A DNA stretch of 64,000 bases from an uncultured Thermoanaerobaculia bacterium (lineage in GTDB: Bacteria; Acidobacteriota; Thermoanaerobaculia; Thermoanaerobaculales; Sulfomarinibacteraceae). The notes under the pieces were generated by a model, which was not told the DNA's origin, made no database searches, and saw only the letters and a program-made list of their open reading frames with translations. The stretch spans positions 72,408 to 136,407 of the forward strand of contig CAZKGM010000001.1 of NCBI GenBank assembly GCA_964552395.1, read 5' to 3'. Below are positions 39,189 to 47,504 of the stretch, one piece after another; position 1 is the stretch's first letter, and every line of letters begins with the position of its first letter. A program made the translations under genes and the position numbers.

Positions 39189-39890
39189 ATGGAACCGGCA
39201 CGAAGAGCTGTTCTGCTGACGGGCGCATCGAGACAGTGGATGCAAAAGGCAGCGCCGCGCCTCGAAAGGTACGGTCTCCGGGTCCATGAAGCGGACTGGG
39301 AGGACGCTGTCCTCGATCTCGTCGAGCGCGTACCGTTCGGAGTTGTGGTGGCCGGCTACCCGCTAACAGGAGCCGGTTTCGGACTTCTCCTGAGCGCTGT
39401 CCGGGCCCGGTCCTCCTCCTGCCGGCGGGCTGGATTCGTGGCCGTCACGCCGCCGGACCGATTCGATGAGGCAAGCCGGCTGGTGGGTCGCGGCGTGAAC
39501 AAGGTCCTGTCGGAGGCGGCACCCCTGCACGAGCTCGGGCTCCTTGTCACATCACTTCTCGATGCGCCACCGAGGCTTCCGGTGAGGGTTCAGGTGCGGA
39601 TCACCGTGCAGCAGGAAGACGGACAGGTGGAGGTACTCTGTCAGACAGAGAACATCTCCACATCGGGCATGCTGCTGCGGCGAAGGAGTATCTCGACTCC
39701 AGGTACGCGAATCGACTTCCAGATCCAGCTGCCCGGACGGGAAGAGATGATCCAGGGCAGCGCCGAGGTGGCGCGAGTGGCGGATCCGGATCGAGAGGGA
39801 TTGGAAGGCTTTGCAGCGCGCTTCCTGGACTTCGACGGTTCCAGCCGCGAGGAGTGGGAGAGCTTCCTGGAGGCCCGGGCTCTTCCGTAG
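39189..39890 (+). CDS. Pseudo-receiver/PilZ domain protein (c-di-GMP binding predicted)
   Basis: C-terminal PilZ motifs (RLPVRVQVRI ... TENISTSGMLL). The N-terminal ~120 aa are REC-like but lack the acidic pocket (VVVAGYPL where a receiver has the phospho-Asp). Confidence 0.75.
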   Translation: MEPARRAVLLTGASRQWMQKAAPRLERYGLRVHEADWEDAVLDLVERVPFGVVVAGYPLTGAGFGLLLSAVRARSSSCRRAGFVAVTPPDRFDEASRLVGRGVNKVLSEAAPLHELGLLVTSLLDAPPRLPVRVQVRITVQQEDGQVEVLCQTENISTSGMLLRRRSISTPGTRIDFQIQLPGREEMIQGSAEVARVADPDREGLEGFAARFLDFDGSSREEWESFLEARALP

Positions 39891-39951
39891 CCCGGATCCT
39901 GCCTATCCCTTTGAGTCAGGAAGAACGCAAAGATAAGAAAAGGGACCTCTT

Positions 39952-39978
39952 CTTGGCAAACTTGGCGTACTTGGCGCC
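39952..39978. repeat. Three tandem 9-bp units CTTGGCAAA/CTTGGCGTA/CTTGGCGCC
   Basis: Read directly in the low-GC spacer between the PilZ gene and rocD. Confidence 0.8.
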
Positions 39979-40073
39979 TTCGCGGCTCATAATCAAGCCT
40001 CAACAGCCCCCGAGACCGTGCCTGACAGGAGCGAGCCTGAGCGAGAGAGATAGCCAAGGCCCGGATTATCTAC

Positions 40074-40104
40074 TCGGGCTCTGACTCCACTCCGGAGCCC
40101 GAGG
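40074..40104 (-). terminator. Hairpin just downstream of rocD stop
   Basis: ctcgggctc (40074-82) / 13-nt loop / gagcccgag (40096-104) forms a perfect 9-bp stem. No clear U-tract. Confidence 0.4.
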
Positions 40105-40108
40105 TTCC

Positions 40109-41314
40109 TCACAGCGTTGTCAGCACCTCGGCGATGCGGCCGACGGCCCACTCGATCTCGTCTTCGGTGATGACGAGCGGCGGCGCGATGCGGATCACGT
40201 TCTCGTGGGTTTCCTTGCAGAGCAGCCCGGCGTGCTGCAATGCCTCACAGAAACGGCGTGCGCCGCCGGCACTCTCCTTCAGCTCGATCCCGATCCACAG
40301 CCCCCTGCCGCGCACCTCGGCGACGTGCTCAGAGGGAATGGCTCTCAGCCGCCGCATGAAATGCTCACCGAGGTGGGCGGAGCGCTCGAGCATTCCTTCG
40401 TCGATGAGTACGTGCAAGGCCGCTCGCGCTACTGCGGCTCCGAGCGGGTTGCCACCATAGGTGGAGCCGTGGTCGCCGGGGGAGAAGACCTGCATCACGT
40501 CATCGTCGGCGAGGATTGCGGAGACGGGGTACATTCCTCCGGAAAGCGCCTTGCCGATGATGACGATGTCGGGTCTGATTCCCTCGTGCTCGTAGGCAAA
40601 GAGCCTGCCCGTGCGACCCAGCCCTGACTGGATCTCGTCGACGATCAGGAGAGCATTGTGCTCCGAGGTGAGCTCTCGCAGGCGCCGCAGGTAGCCGTCC
40701 GGAGGAATGATGATGCCGCCCTCGCCCTGGATCGGCTCGATGAGGACCGCGACCACATTCGGGTTCATGGCAGTGGCTACAGCCTCTGCGTCACCGTAAG
40801 GAAGGTTTCGGAACCCGGGCGTGAACGGTCCGAAGCCGGAACGGTACTGTTCATCCGTGGAGAAACCCACAATGGTCGTCGTCCTGCCGTGGAAGTTGCC
40901 CTCGAAGGTCAGGATCTCGGCCTGTCCCTCGGCGATGCCGCGCCGCGTGTATCCCCACTTGCGGGCGGCCTTGATGGCGGTCTCCACGGCCTCGGCTCCC
41001 GTATTCATGGGCAGCACGCGACTGAACCCGGCCAGCTCGGCGAGCTCCTGGCAGAACCTCCCGAGCTGGTCGTTGCGAAAAGCGCGTGAGGTCAATGCGA
41101 CCCTGCACGCCTGCTCGACCATGGTCTTGACCAGACGAGGATGACAGTGTCCCTGGTTGACCGCCGAGTATGCGGCAAGGCAGTCCATGTACCGCTTGCC
41201 GTCGACGTCCCACACCCACACGCCTTCTCCTCTGGCGATCACGACATCGAGCGGGTGGTAGTTGTGTGCGCCGAAGCGATCCTCGAGATCAATCAGGATG
41301 GAAGCGTTGCTCAT
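40109..41314 (-). CDS. rocD: Ornithine--oxo-acid aminotransferase
   Basis: FGAHNYHPLDVV..RGEGVWVWDVDGKRYMDCLAAYSAVNQGHCHP is OAT-typical, and the class-III aminotransferase PLP region is present (DEIQSGLGRTG). Start at MSNAS with a ggagga RBS. Confidence 0.92.
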   Translation of the reverse strand: MSNASILIDLEDRFGAHNYHPLDVVIARGEGVWVWDVDGKRYMDCLAAYSAVNQGHCHPRLVKTMVEQACRVALTSRAFRNDQLGRFCQELAELAGFSRVLPMNTGAEAVETAIKAARKWGYTRRGIAEGQAEILTFEGNFHGRTTTIVGFSTDEQYRSGFGPFTPGFRNLPYGDAEAVATAMNPNVVAVLIEPIQGEGGIIIPPDGYLRRLRELTSEHNALLIVDEIQSGLGRTGRLFAYEHEGIRPDIVIIGKALSGGMYPVSAILADDDVMQVFSPGDHGSTYGGNPLGAAVARAALHVLIDEGMLERSAHLGEHFMRRLRAIPSEHVAEVRGRGLWIGIELKESAGGARRFCEALQHAGLLCKETHENVIRIAPPLVITEDEIEWAVGRIAEVLTTL

Positions 41315-41518
41315 CAATGTCCTCCGGATTGTCTTGTGCGGGCGCCGAGCCCTGTGACGCCGCCCGCACACTACACGCTCCCGTCCCGGTGTTCAACCTC
41401 AGGGTCGACGTCACTCGATCTCTATCGAGCCTTGAGCCAGAGCCAGACGTAGCTTGGAAAGGCCACCAGCAACCTGAAACGGTTCCCGGACAGATGGCTT
41501 GAGGCCGCGTCGGGCCTC

Positions 41519-42650
41519 CTATCTCGAGCTCGGCTGCTTCTCCTGTTGTGCCTGCCAGTGTAGGTACGCCTCGATGAAGCCGTCGATATCGCCGTCCAAG
41601 ACGCGGTCGGTGTCGCCGATTTCGTGCCCGGTGCGGAGGTCCTTGACCATCCGGTACGGCTGCAGGACATAGGAACGAATCTGGTTGCCCCAGGAGATGT
41701 CCTTCTTGGGTCCCTTCAGCTTCTCGAGCTGCTCCTCTCGCTTCTGGAGCTCGAACTCGTAAAGACGCGCCTTGAGCACCTTCATGGCGGACGCGAGGTT
41801 CTTGATCTGTGACCGCTCGTTCTGGCATGTGACGATGATGCCGGTCGGGATGTGCACGAGCCTCACCGCCGAGTAGGTGGTGTTGACCCCCTGCCCACCC
41901 GGTCCCGACGAGCAGTACCGGTCGATGCGAAGGTCCTTCTCCGGAATTTCCAGATCGACCTCCTCGTCGACCTCCGGATAGATGTGGGCGGACGCGAAGG
42001 AAGTATGCCGGCGCGCCTGGGCGTCAAACGGTGAGATGCGAACCAGGCGGTGGACCCCGTTCTCTGACTTCAGGTAGCCGTAGGCGTAGGGTCCCTTGAC
42101 GAGCAGGGTCACGCTCTTGATACCGGCCTCTTCACCGGGCTGCTCGTCGAGCAGCTCCGCGTCGTACCCCCTCCGCTCGCACCAGCGAAGGTAGAGCCGC
42201 TCGAGCATCTGGGCCCAGTCTTGAGACTCTGTGCCGCCTGCGCCCGGGTGGATTTCGACGAAGGCATTGGCCCCGTCGTGTTCCCCGGTCATCTTGGTGG
42301 TGAGCTCGATGCGGTCCAGCAGGGGGCCGACTCGGCGCAGTGCCTGGTCGAGCTCGGCCTCGGCGCCGGCCTCCTTCTCGCGCGCCATCTCGAGCAGGAT
42401 CTCGAGCTCCTCGCCGACCTCGCGAAGACGGGCTGCGGTCTCGGCGGCACGCTGGAGCTCACTCCGATGCCGCATGACCTCGCGCGCCCGTTCCTGGTCC
42501 GCCCAGATATCCGGGTCCTGGGCTTGGGTGTCGACCTCCTCGAGCTCGCGGCGCAGCTTCGCCTCGTCAAAGGTACCCCCGCAGGTGGTCGACCCTTTCA
42601 ATCTCCGCCTCACTGCGCTGGACGAGCTCGTCGAGCATGGCTTCCTCCAT
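41519..42650 (-). CDS. prfB: Peptide chain release factor 2 (programmed +1 frameshift)
   Basis: Frame 0: MEEAMLDELVQRSEAEIERVDHLRGYL then TGA. The +1 frame continues DEAKLRRELEEV... with the SPF and GGQ motifs (SGPGGQGVNT). Confidence 0.97.
42566..42581 (-). other. prfB +1 frameshift site (GGGGG UAC CUU UGA C)
   Basis: The reverse complement of 42566-42581 reads CGGGGGUACCUUUGAC, nearly identical to the E. coli AGGGGGUAUCUUUGAC site. Confidence 0.9.
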
Positions 42651-42782
42651 AGCAAACCGCCCGCCGAAGCGGGCGCAACACATCTTAGCAGAATCAGGTA
42701 GCTTAGGCGAGACCCACGCGAGGATTGCAGCCCGGGGCTCTGACGAGTGAACGCAGTCGTATCGGCGGCTGAAGAACCTGCG

Positions 42783-44201
42783 CTACGGAACGAGCTTCCT
42801 GGCATCGTCGCGGAACGCGGCCTGCTCTGTGGGGCTCGCCAGGTGGGTGCCCAGCTCGGCGACGAGCTCTTCCCAGCTCGACGCTGTTTTGGATGCCCGC
42901 TTCACCAGGATCTTCGCCAGCGGTCCTATCGCCGAGGCAAGCCTCCTCTCGAGTGCCTGGAGAGCATCCTGGCTCCAGGTTTCGCCTACCGGCGAATCGC
43001 TGTCGTGAGCCTGCGGGCTGGGCTCCTGACTGCTCGTCGCGGCCGGCGGAGGGGTGAGCACGGTGGCCTCCACCTTGGGTGAGAGGCCCTCCAGGACCTC
43101 GCTCAGGAAGACGTTCCGTTGCGCTTCCGACGGTATCTGCCGGGAAAGCCTGGCGCACAAGTCGTGAAGGTCGGAAGAGCTCTGAGCGGCCTTCTTCACC
43201 AGAACCTTGGCCAGCGGTCCGATGGCGGCGGCCAACGGTGTCTCGACGCGAGCCAACACGTCGGCGTCCCAAGTCATGGACGGGATGGGACCAGCCGCGG
43301 GCGGCTGCGACGTTATAGCCTGCAGGGCCGTCTGGGCGGGCCTCGGAGCCGCGGTTGGCACGCCGTGCCCGGATTGCAGAAGAGCGAGGTCCGCATCCAC
43401 CTCCCGGGTGTTCGAGTAGCGCATGTCGCGCTCTCGAGCCATCATCTTCAGAATCACTGCGCAGATGCCGTCGCTCAACCCGGGTACGACCGTACGCGGA
43501 TCCGGAAGCTCGTCGTGGAGGTGCTTGGCGATGATCACCATCGGCGATGAGCCCTCGTACGGTGGGCGACCGGTGATGAGGTGGAAGAGGGTAGCACCCA
43601 GGGAGTAGATGTCGGTGCGGCCGTCGATGTCCTTTACTCCGGCGATCTGCTCCGGTGAGATGTAGTTTGGCGTCCCCGCGACGACCCCGGTCTGGGTCAG
43701 GTTCTGGTCGTCGGCCACGCTCTTGGCGAGCCCGAGATCGACGAGCTTCACGACGCCGTCCTGCCTGAGTATGAAGTTGTCCGGCTTCACGTCCCGGTGA
43801 ACGACTCCGGCCGCGTGTGCAACGCCGAGAGCGGTGCACGCCTGACGGGTCACGGCGATCGCGTCCGTCTCCGTCACCTTGCCGGAGGTCCTCAAGAACC
43901 AGCCGAACGACCGCCCCGGCACGAACTCCATGGCCAGGTAGTAGGCCGACTCTACACGGCCGAAGTCATAGATCTGGACGATGTTGCGGTGATTCAGACG
44001 AGCCGCGGCTCGGGCCTCTTTGAGGAAGCGCTGGAGGTACGCCTCGTCGGCGGAGTAGCGCTCCGCCAAGAGCTTGAGGGCCACATCTCGGTCGAGAGTG
44101 AGGTGACGTGCGCGGTACACCCGTCCCATGCCACCACGACCCAGCTCCTCGCGGATCTCGTAGTCGCCGAATCGCGACCCGGCACGCAGCTCCTCTTTCA
44201 A
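42783..44201 (-). CDS. Ser/Thr protein kinase with tandem C-terminal repeat domain
   Basis: Hanks kinase motifs GRGGMGRVY, ALK, HRDVKPDN, DLGLA and GTPNYISPE. The C-terminus holds two ~63-aa repeats. Confidence 0.93.
   Translation of the reverse strand: MKEELRAGSRFGDYEIREELGRGGMGRVYRARHLTLDRDVALKLLAERYSADEAYLQRFLKEARAAARLNHRNIVQIYDFGRVESAYYLAMEFVPGRSFGWFLRTSGKVTETDAIAVTRQACTALGVAHAAGVVHRDVKPDNFILRQDGVVKLVDLGLAKSVADDQNLTQTGVVAGTPNYISPEQIAGVKDIDGRTDIYSLGATLFHLITGRPPYEGSSPMVIIAKHLHDELPDPRTVVPGLSDGICAVILKMMARERDMRYSNTREVDADLALLQSGHGVPTAAPRPAQTALQAITSQPPAAGPIPSMTWDADVLARVETPLAAAIGPLAKVLVKKAAQSSSDLHDLCARLSRQIPSEAQRNVFLSEVLEGLSPKVEATVLTPPPAATSSQEPSPQAHDSDSPVGETWSQDALQALERRLASAIGPLAKILVKRASKTASSWEELVAELGTHLASPTEQAAFRDDARKLVP
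42792..43277 (-). repeat. Tandem protein-level repeat in the kinase C-terminus (aa 309-372 and 408-470)
   Basis: TWDADVLARVETPLAAAIGPLAKVLVKKAAQSSSDLHDLCARL... aligns with TWSQDALQALERRLASAIGPLAKILVKRASKTASSWEELVAEL... Confidence 0.7.
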
Positions 44202-44238
44202 CGTCGTTTACCTCACGCAAGAAGAACAGATAACGGCC

Positions 44239-45141
44239 TCAGGTCTCATCGAGCATCGCCAATGCCTTCTTGAGGCTGATCCGCATTCGGCCGAACGCAC
44301 CTGCGAGCCGGGCCACCTCATCGTGCCCCTTGAGATCGAGATCGGGCGCCTCCATGTCTCCGTGGCTTACCTGATCGGCAATGGTCGCAAGCCGCGTCAG
44401 AGGGCGGGTAACCGAGTACCTCAGCAGCAGGTTAAGCACCAGGAGTGTGACCACGAATACCCCAGCCAATGAGGCTAGCAAGGTTCGGAAGGCCTGGTTC
44501 GCCATCGAGACCGGAATCGACGTCGGCACGGAGACGATCTGCGCCCCCACGATCTCGTTGAGTTTCCAGCCGAAGCCGTTGCTGGGGCCGTAGAAGCGGA
44601 CCAGAGATGGCGGTGCCTCCTCAGGCGTGCGGTGACAGGAGAGGCACCTGGGGTCTGTGATCCGGATCGGGTGACTGAGAAACAGAGATGGGCCTTCGAC
44701 CGTCTGGCGCTCTCCGATGATCTCGGTCAGACCGGCGTTCTTCTGAAACTGGGTGATGACGTCGGCCTCCCAGTCGACCGCTCGGTCGCGCGGGTTCGAC
44801 GGGTTCAGCGTGGCTTCCTTGTAGGTGTACTCAGGGTTGCTCTGGCGCAGGTAGTTGAAGACCTCGGTCGCCGAGTAGGCCGGGACGGTCTGGGGCAGGA
44901 ACTGCTCTTTCAGCCTCGAGTTGAGGAGCGGCTTGATCTGCTTGATCGTGTACCCGCGCATCGCCATCGCGGTCTCCATCATGATGCGGGCGTTCTGGAT
45001 GACCTGCGTGCGTGCGCTCCGCTGAAGCAGAGTACGAGACACCCAACCGGCAGGGATCAACGCCAGAGAGAACACGAGCACTAGCGCCACGTTGAACTTG
45101 CTGAGCAGACTCACGAAGCCCCTCCCGGGCTGGTCCGACAT
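44239..45141 (-). CDS. DUF3365 (haem-c, Tll0287-like) periplasmic sensor domain - TM - HAMP protein, no output domain
   Basis: N-terminal TM. DUF3365-like region with FLPQTVPAYSATEVF, NPSNPRD and a single CLSCH haem site. Second TM, then HAMP (RPLTRLATIADQVSHGD ... DEVARLAGAFGRM). The protein ends 15 aa after HAMP. Confidence 0.8.
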   Translation of the reverse strand: MSDQPGRGFVSLLSKFNVALVLVFSLALIPAGWVSRTLLQRSARTQVIQNARIMMETAMAMRGYTIKQIKPLLNSRLKEQFLPQTVPAYSATEVFNYLRQSNPEYTYKEATLNPSNPRDRAVDWEADVITQFQKNAGLTEIIGERQTVEGPSLFLSHPIRITDPRCLSCHRTPEEAPPSLVRFYGPSNGFGWKLNEIVGAQIVSVPTSIPVSMANQAFRTLLASLAGVFVVTLLVLNLLLRYSVTRPLTRLATIADQVSHGDMEAPDLDLKGHDEVARLAGAFGRMRISLKKALAMLDET

Positions 45142-45286
45142 TCAACCTGCTGCTCCAGCCCACGAGCCAATTGAGGCGAATTCTCAATTATCATCGTAAC
45201 ACAAGAACAGCGGAAGCGGGCCCGCTCTTCCCCGGGGCCGGGGCCGAATCCGGAACACGATCTGAACAACCAGAGCTGTGCAGCGG

Positions 45287-46807
45287 TCACCTTCGCCTTG
45301 ACCGCGCGACGACGGCCGCCAGGCCGAGGATGCACACCGCGGACCACCAGTCACCGAGCCTGGCGCGCGGGGTCAAGCCGCACATTGGGCGGATTTGGTG
45401 GACCAGCACGCCGGCGGCCCCGACGGGCAGGTGATCGACAATCCGCCCCTGCGGGTCTATGAAGCCGGAGATCCCGGTGAGGGCCGCTCGGACCACCCAT
45501 CGGCGGGTCTCGACGGCGCGCAGCACGGCCTGGGCGAAGTGCTGCGTCGGGGCCCACGAGTAGCCGTACCAGCCGTCGTTGGTCAGGGTCCCCAGAACCT
45601 CCGCGCCGTGCCGTACCTCCGCGGTCACCAGGCCGGGGAAGACGATCTCGTAGCAGATCGCCATCCCCATTCTGAATGGTCCTACTTCGAGTGGGCGTGG
45701 GTCGTGGCCCGGTGTAAAGTGACCGACCTCTCGTATCAGGGCGCGGGCGAACGCGAGCCGGCCGACGAATGGCACGTACTCGCCGAAAGGTACGAGTCGG
45801 ATCTTGTCATACCGTCGCTTCTCGATACCGGACGGCGTCACCACGTAGGCAGCGTTGGTGTAGCCGCCGTCGGAAGTGAACCCGATCGAGTTGAGGACGA
45901 TAGTGACGTTGAGCTTCCTGGCAAGCTCCCGCACCAACTCACGGTAGGAGGCGTCGCGCTCGAGCGTGTAGGGAACTGCGCTCTCGGGCCAGAGCACGAC
46001 TCGTGCACCGGCTGAGGAGGCTTCGCCGGTCAGCCGCCATACGCGGCCGGCGATCTTGGCGCTGTCGGATGGGTCCCACTTCTCCTCGAGGGTCGTACCT
46101 GGCTGTAGAGCCGCAACCGGTACGGCGCCTGCCGACGGCCGCGCCGAAGGGGCGGCGAACGTAAAAACGGCGACACAGACCACGGCGGAGGAGCCGAGCA
46201 CGAGCCCCGAACGACGGGTGTGCTGGTGGAGGGTGGCCCACCCGGCTGCCCCGGCGGCAGTCAGTGCCCAGCCGAGCCCCGTTGCTCCCCACACCGGCAG
46301 CGAACCGAGCAGGCGCGGATGAAAGGCCAGCGCGGCCGCGGTCGGGTTCCACGGGAACCTGTAGACCAATGTCTGACGGGAAGCTTCGAGAGCTGCCCAT
46401 GCGAAGGCGAACGCCCACGGGCGCAACCACGGACGGGCGAGATGGGTCAGCACGGAGCACACGGCCCAGGTTGCGCCGAGGAAAGCGGCCATTGCCACCA
46501 GGCAGAGCACCGCTGCCGCCGCCGGCAGACCACCGTAATGATGCATCACGGGGACCACCCAGTGGGTGGCGATCATCCAGTGGACCGTGCCGGCCAGAAG
46601 CCCGAGCCCGGCGGCTTTCTTCCAGCTGGAATTACGGTGCAGGGCCTCGAGGAGGAGGCCCGGGAAGAGGAGGACCAGGGGCCACACTCCGGGGCCGGGG
46701 AGAGCAACGGCGAGAACGGCTCCGGAGGCGGCCGCGGCGAACCACGGTAGTGCTCGCACGAGGCCGTGGCTTGTTGCCCGACCTGCCCCTTGGCCTTCGT
46801 CCATCAT
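45287..46807 (-). CDS. lnt: Apolipoprotein N-acyltransferase
   Basis: Multi-TM N-domain plus a CN-hydrolase domain (VVLWPESAVP, ICYEIVFP). ATG at 46807 is preferred over the TTG at 46891. Confidence 0.92.
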   Translation of the reverse strand: MMDEGQGAGRATSHGLVRALPWFAAAASGAVLAVALPGPGVWPLVLLFPGLLLEALHRNSSWKKAAGLGLLAGTVHWMIATHWVVPVMHHYGGLPAAAAVLCLVAMAAFLGATWAVCSVLTHLARPWLRPWAFAFAWAALEASRQTLVYRFPWNPTAAALAFHPRLLGSLPVWGATGLGWALTAAGAAGWATLHQHTRRSGLVLGSSAVVCVAVFTFAAPSARPSAGAVPVAALQPGTTLEEKWDPSDSAKIAGRVWRLTGEASSAGARVVLWPESAVPYTLERDASYRELVRELARKLNVTIVLNSIGFTSDGGYTNAAYVVTPSGIEKRRYDKIRLVPFGEYVPFVGRLAFARALIREVGHFTPGHDPRPLEVGPFRMGMAICYEIVFPGLVTAEVRHGAEVLGTLTNDGWYGYSWAPTQHFAQAVLRAVETRRWVVRAALTGISGFIDPQGRIVDHLPVGAAGVLVHQIRPMCGLTPRARLGDWWSAVCILGLAAVVARSRRR

Positions 46808-46906
46808 CCGCCGGGAGTATATCCCGCGACGGCGCTGGATGGGGCCGAGAGAAGGGGGATGGCGAGGGCCATCCCCCTCTGTAGGGGACAACCGATCAGG
46901 CCGGTC

Positions 46907-47353
46907 TCAGCGGTTGCGCGGGATCAGCCCGAAGAGCCGGAATGCCGGCAGCAGCGGCCGGACCTGATCGGCATGCCTGACGAGCCCGAGCTTTCCGGTC
47001 TGCTCCTCGTTCAGCATGCCCTCGAAGCCGTCGATGTAGGTCTGGTTCGCTGCGCGGATCTGCTGCCCGAGGTCGTGCGCCTGGATTGTGAGGTTGCCAA
47101 CCTCCGTCGGATCCGGATCCGGGCCGCTGAGGAGCTCGGCCAGCTGTTGCTTGACCGCATCGAGCTGGTCGCGGAGTGGCGTCACGACAGTCTCGCGGTC
47201 TGCGATGAGGGCATCCCACTGGCTCACCTGGTCCGGCGTCATCTGCAGGAAGTTGACAATGGCCTCGTGCGAACGACCGACCACGCACGGGTCGTCCGCG
47301 AAGACCGGTACCGCCAGGGCAAGCACCAACAGGCTGAGGACGAAACGCTTCAT
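46907..47353 (-). CDS. Periplasmic Spy/CpxP-family (LTXXQ-motif) protein
   Basis: Signal peptide MKRFVLSLLVLALAVPVFA. Helical protein with MTPDQ and LNEEQ (LTXXQ-like) motifs. Confidence 0.65.
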   Translation of the reverse strand: MKRFVLSLLVLALAVPVFADDPCVVGRSHEAIVNFLQMTPDQVSQWDALIADRETVVTPLRDQLDAVKQQLAELLSGPDPDPTEVGNLTIQAHDLGQQIRAANQTYIDGFEGMLNEEQTGKLGLVRHADQVRPLLPAFRLFGLIPRNR

Positions 47354-47504
47354 TCTGAGAACCTCCCTCGGATGTCGTGCCCGCCACGACGCGCCGATGC
47401 CTGCAGAGTTGGACGTTGCCGCCGCCGCGTGGTTGACATCAAGCTCCGGGGAGGTGACTCGAGCATGCCTTTGGCGCACTGATCATGGCGTGCCGATCTG
47501 CAGC

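Noticed and set aside
39944-39980. Sigma-54 promoter-like TTGGCA repeats
   Set aside because: No TGGCAC-N5-TTGC spacing is satisfied, and there is no downstream plus-strand gene. The pattern is explained by the 9-bp tandem repeat.
39990-40073. Possible SRP (4.5S) RNA because of ...CCUGACAGG...AGCCAAGGC... strings
   Set aside because: The conserved helix-8 features (GNRA tetraloop with flanking symmetric and asymmetric loops, GGAAG...AGCAGCC) are not present, and no long closing helix could be drawn.
41519-42805. 428-aa uninterrupted reading of prfB including a 50-aa N-terminal extension
   Set aside because: The extension is the +1 frame staying open upstream of the frameshift site. The true N-terminus (MEEAMLDEL...) is in frame 0 from 42650.
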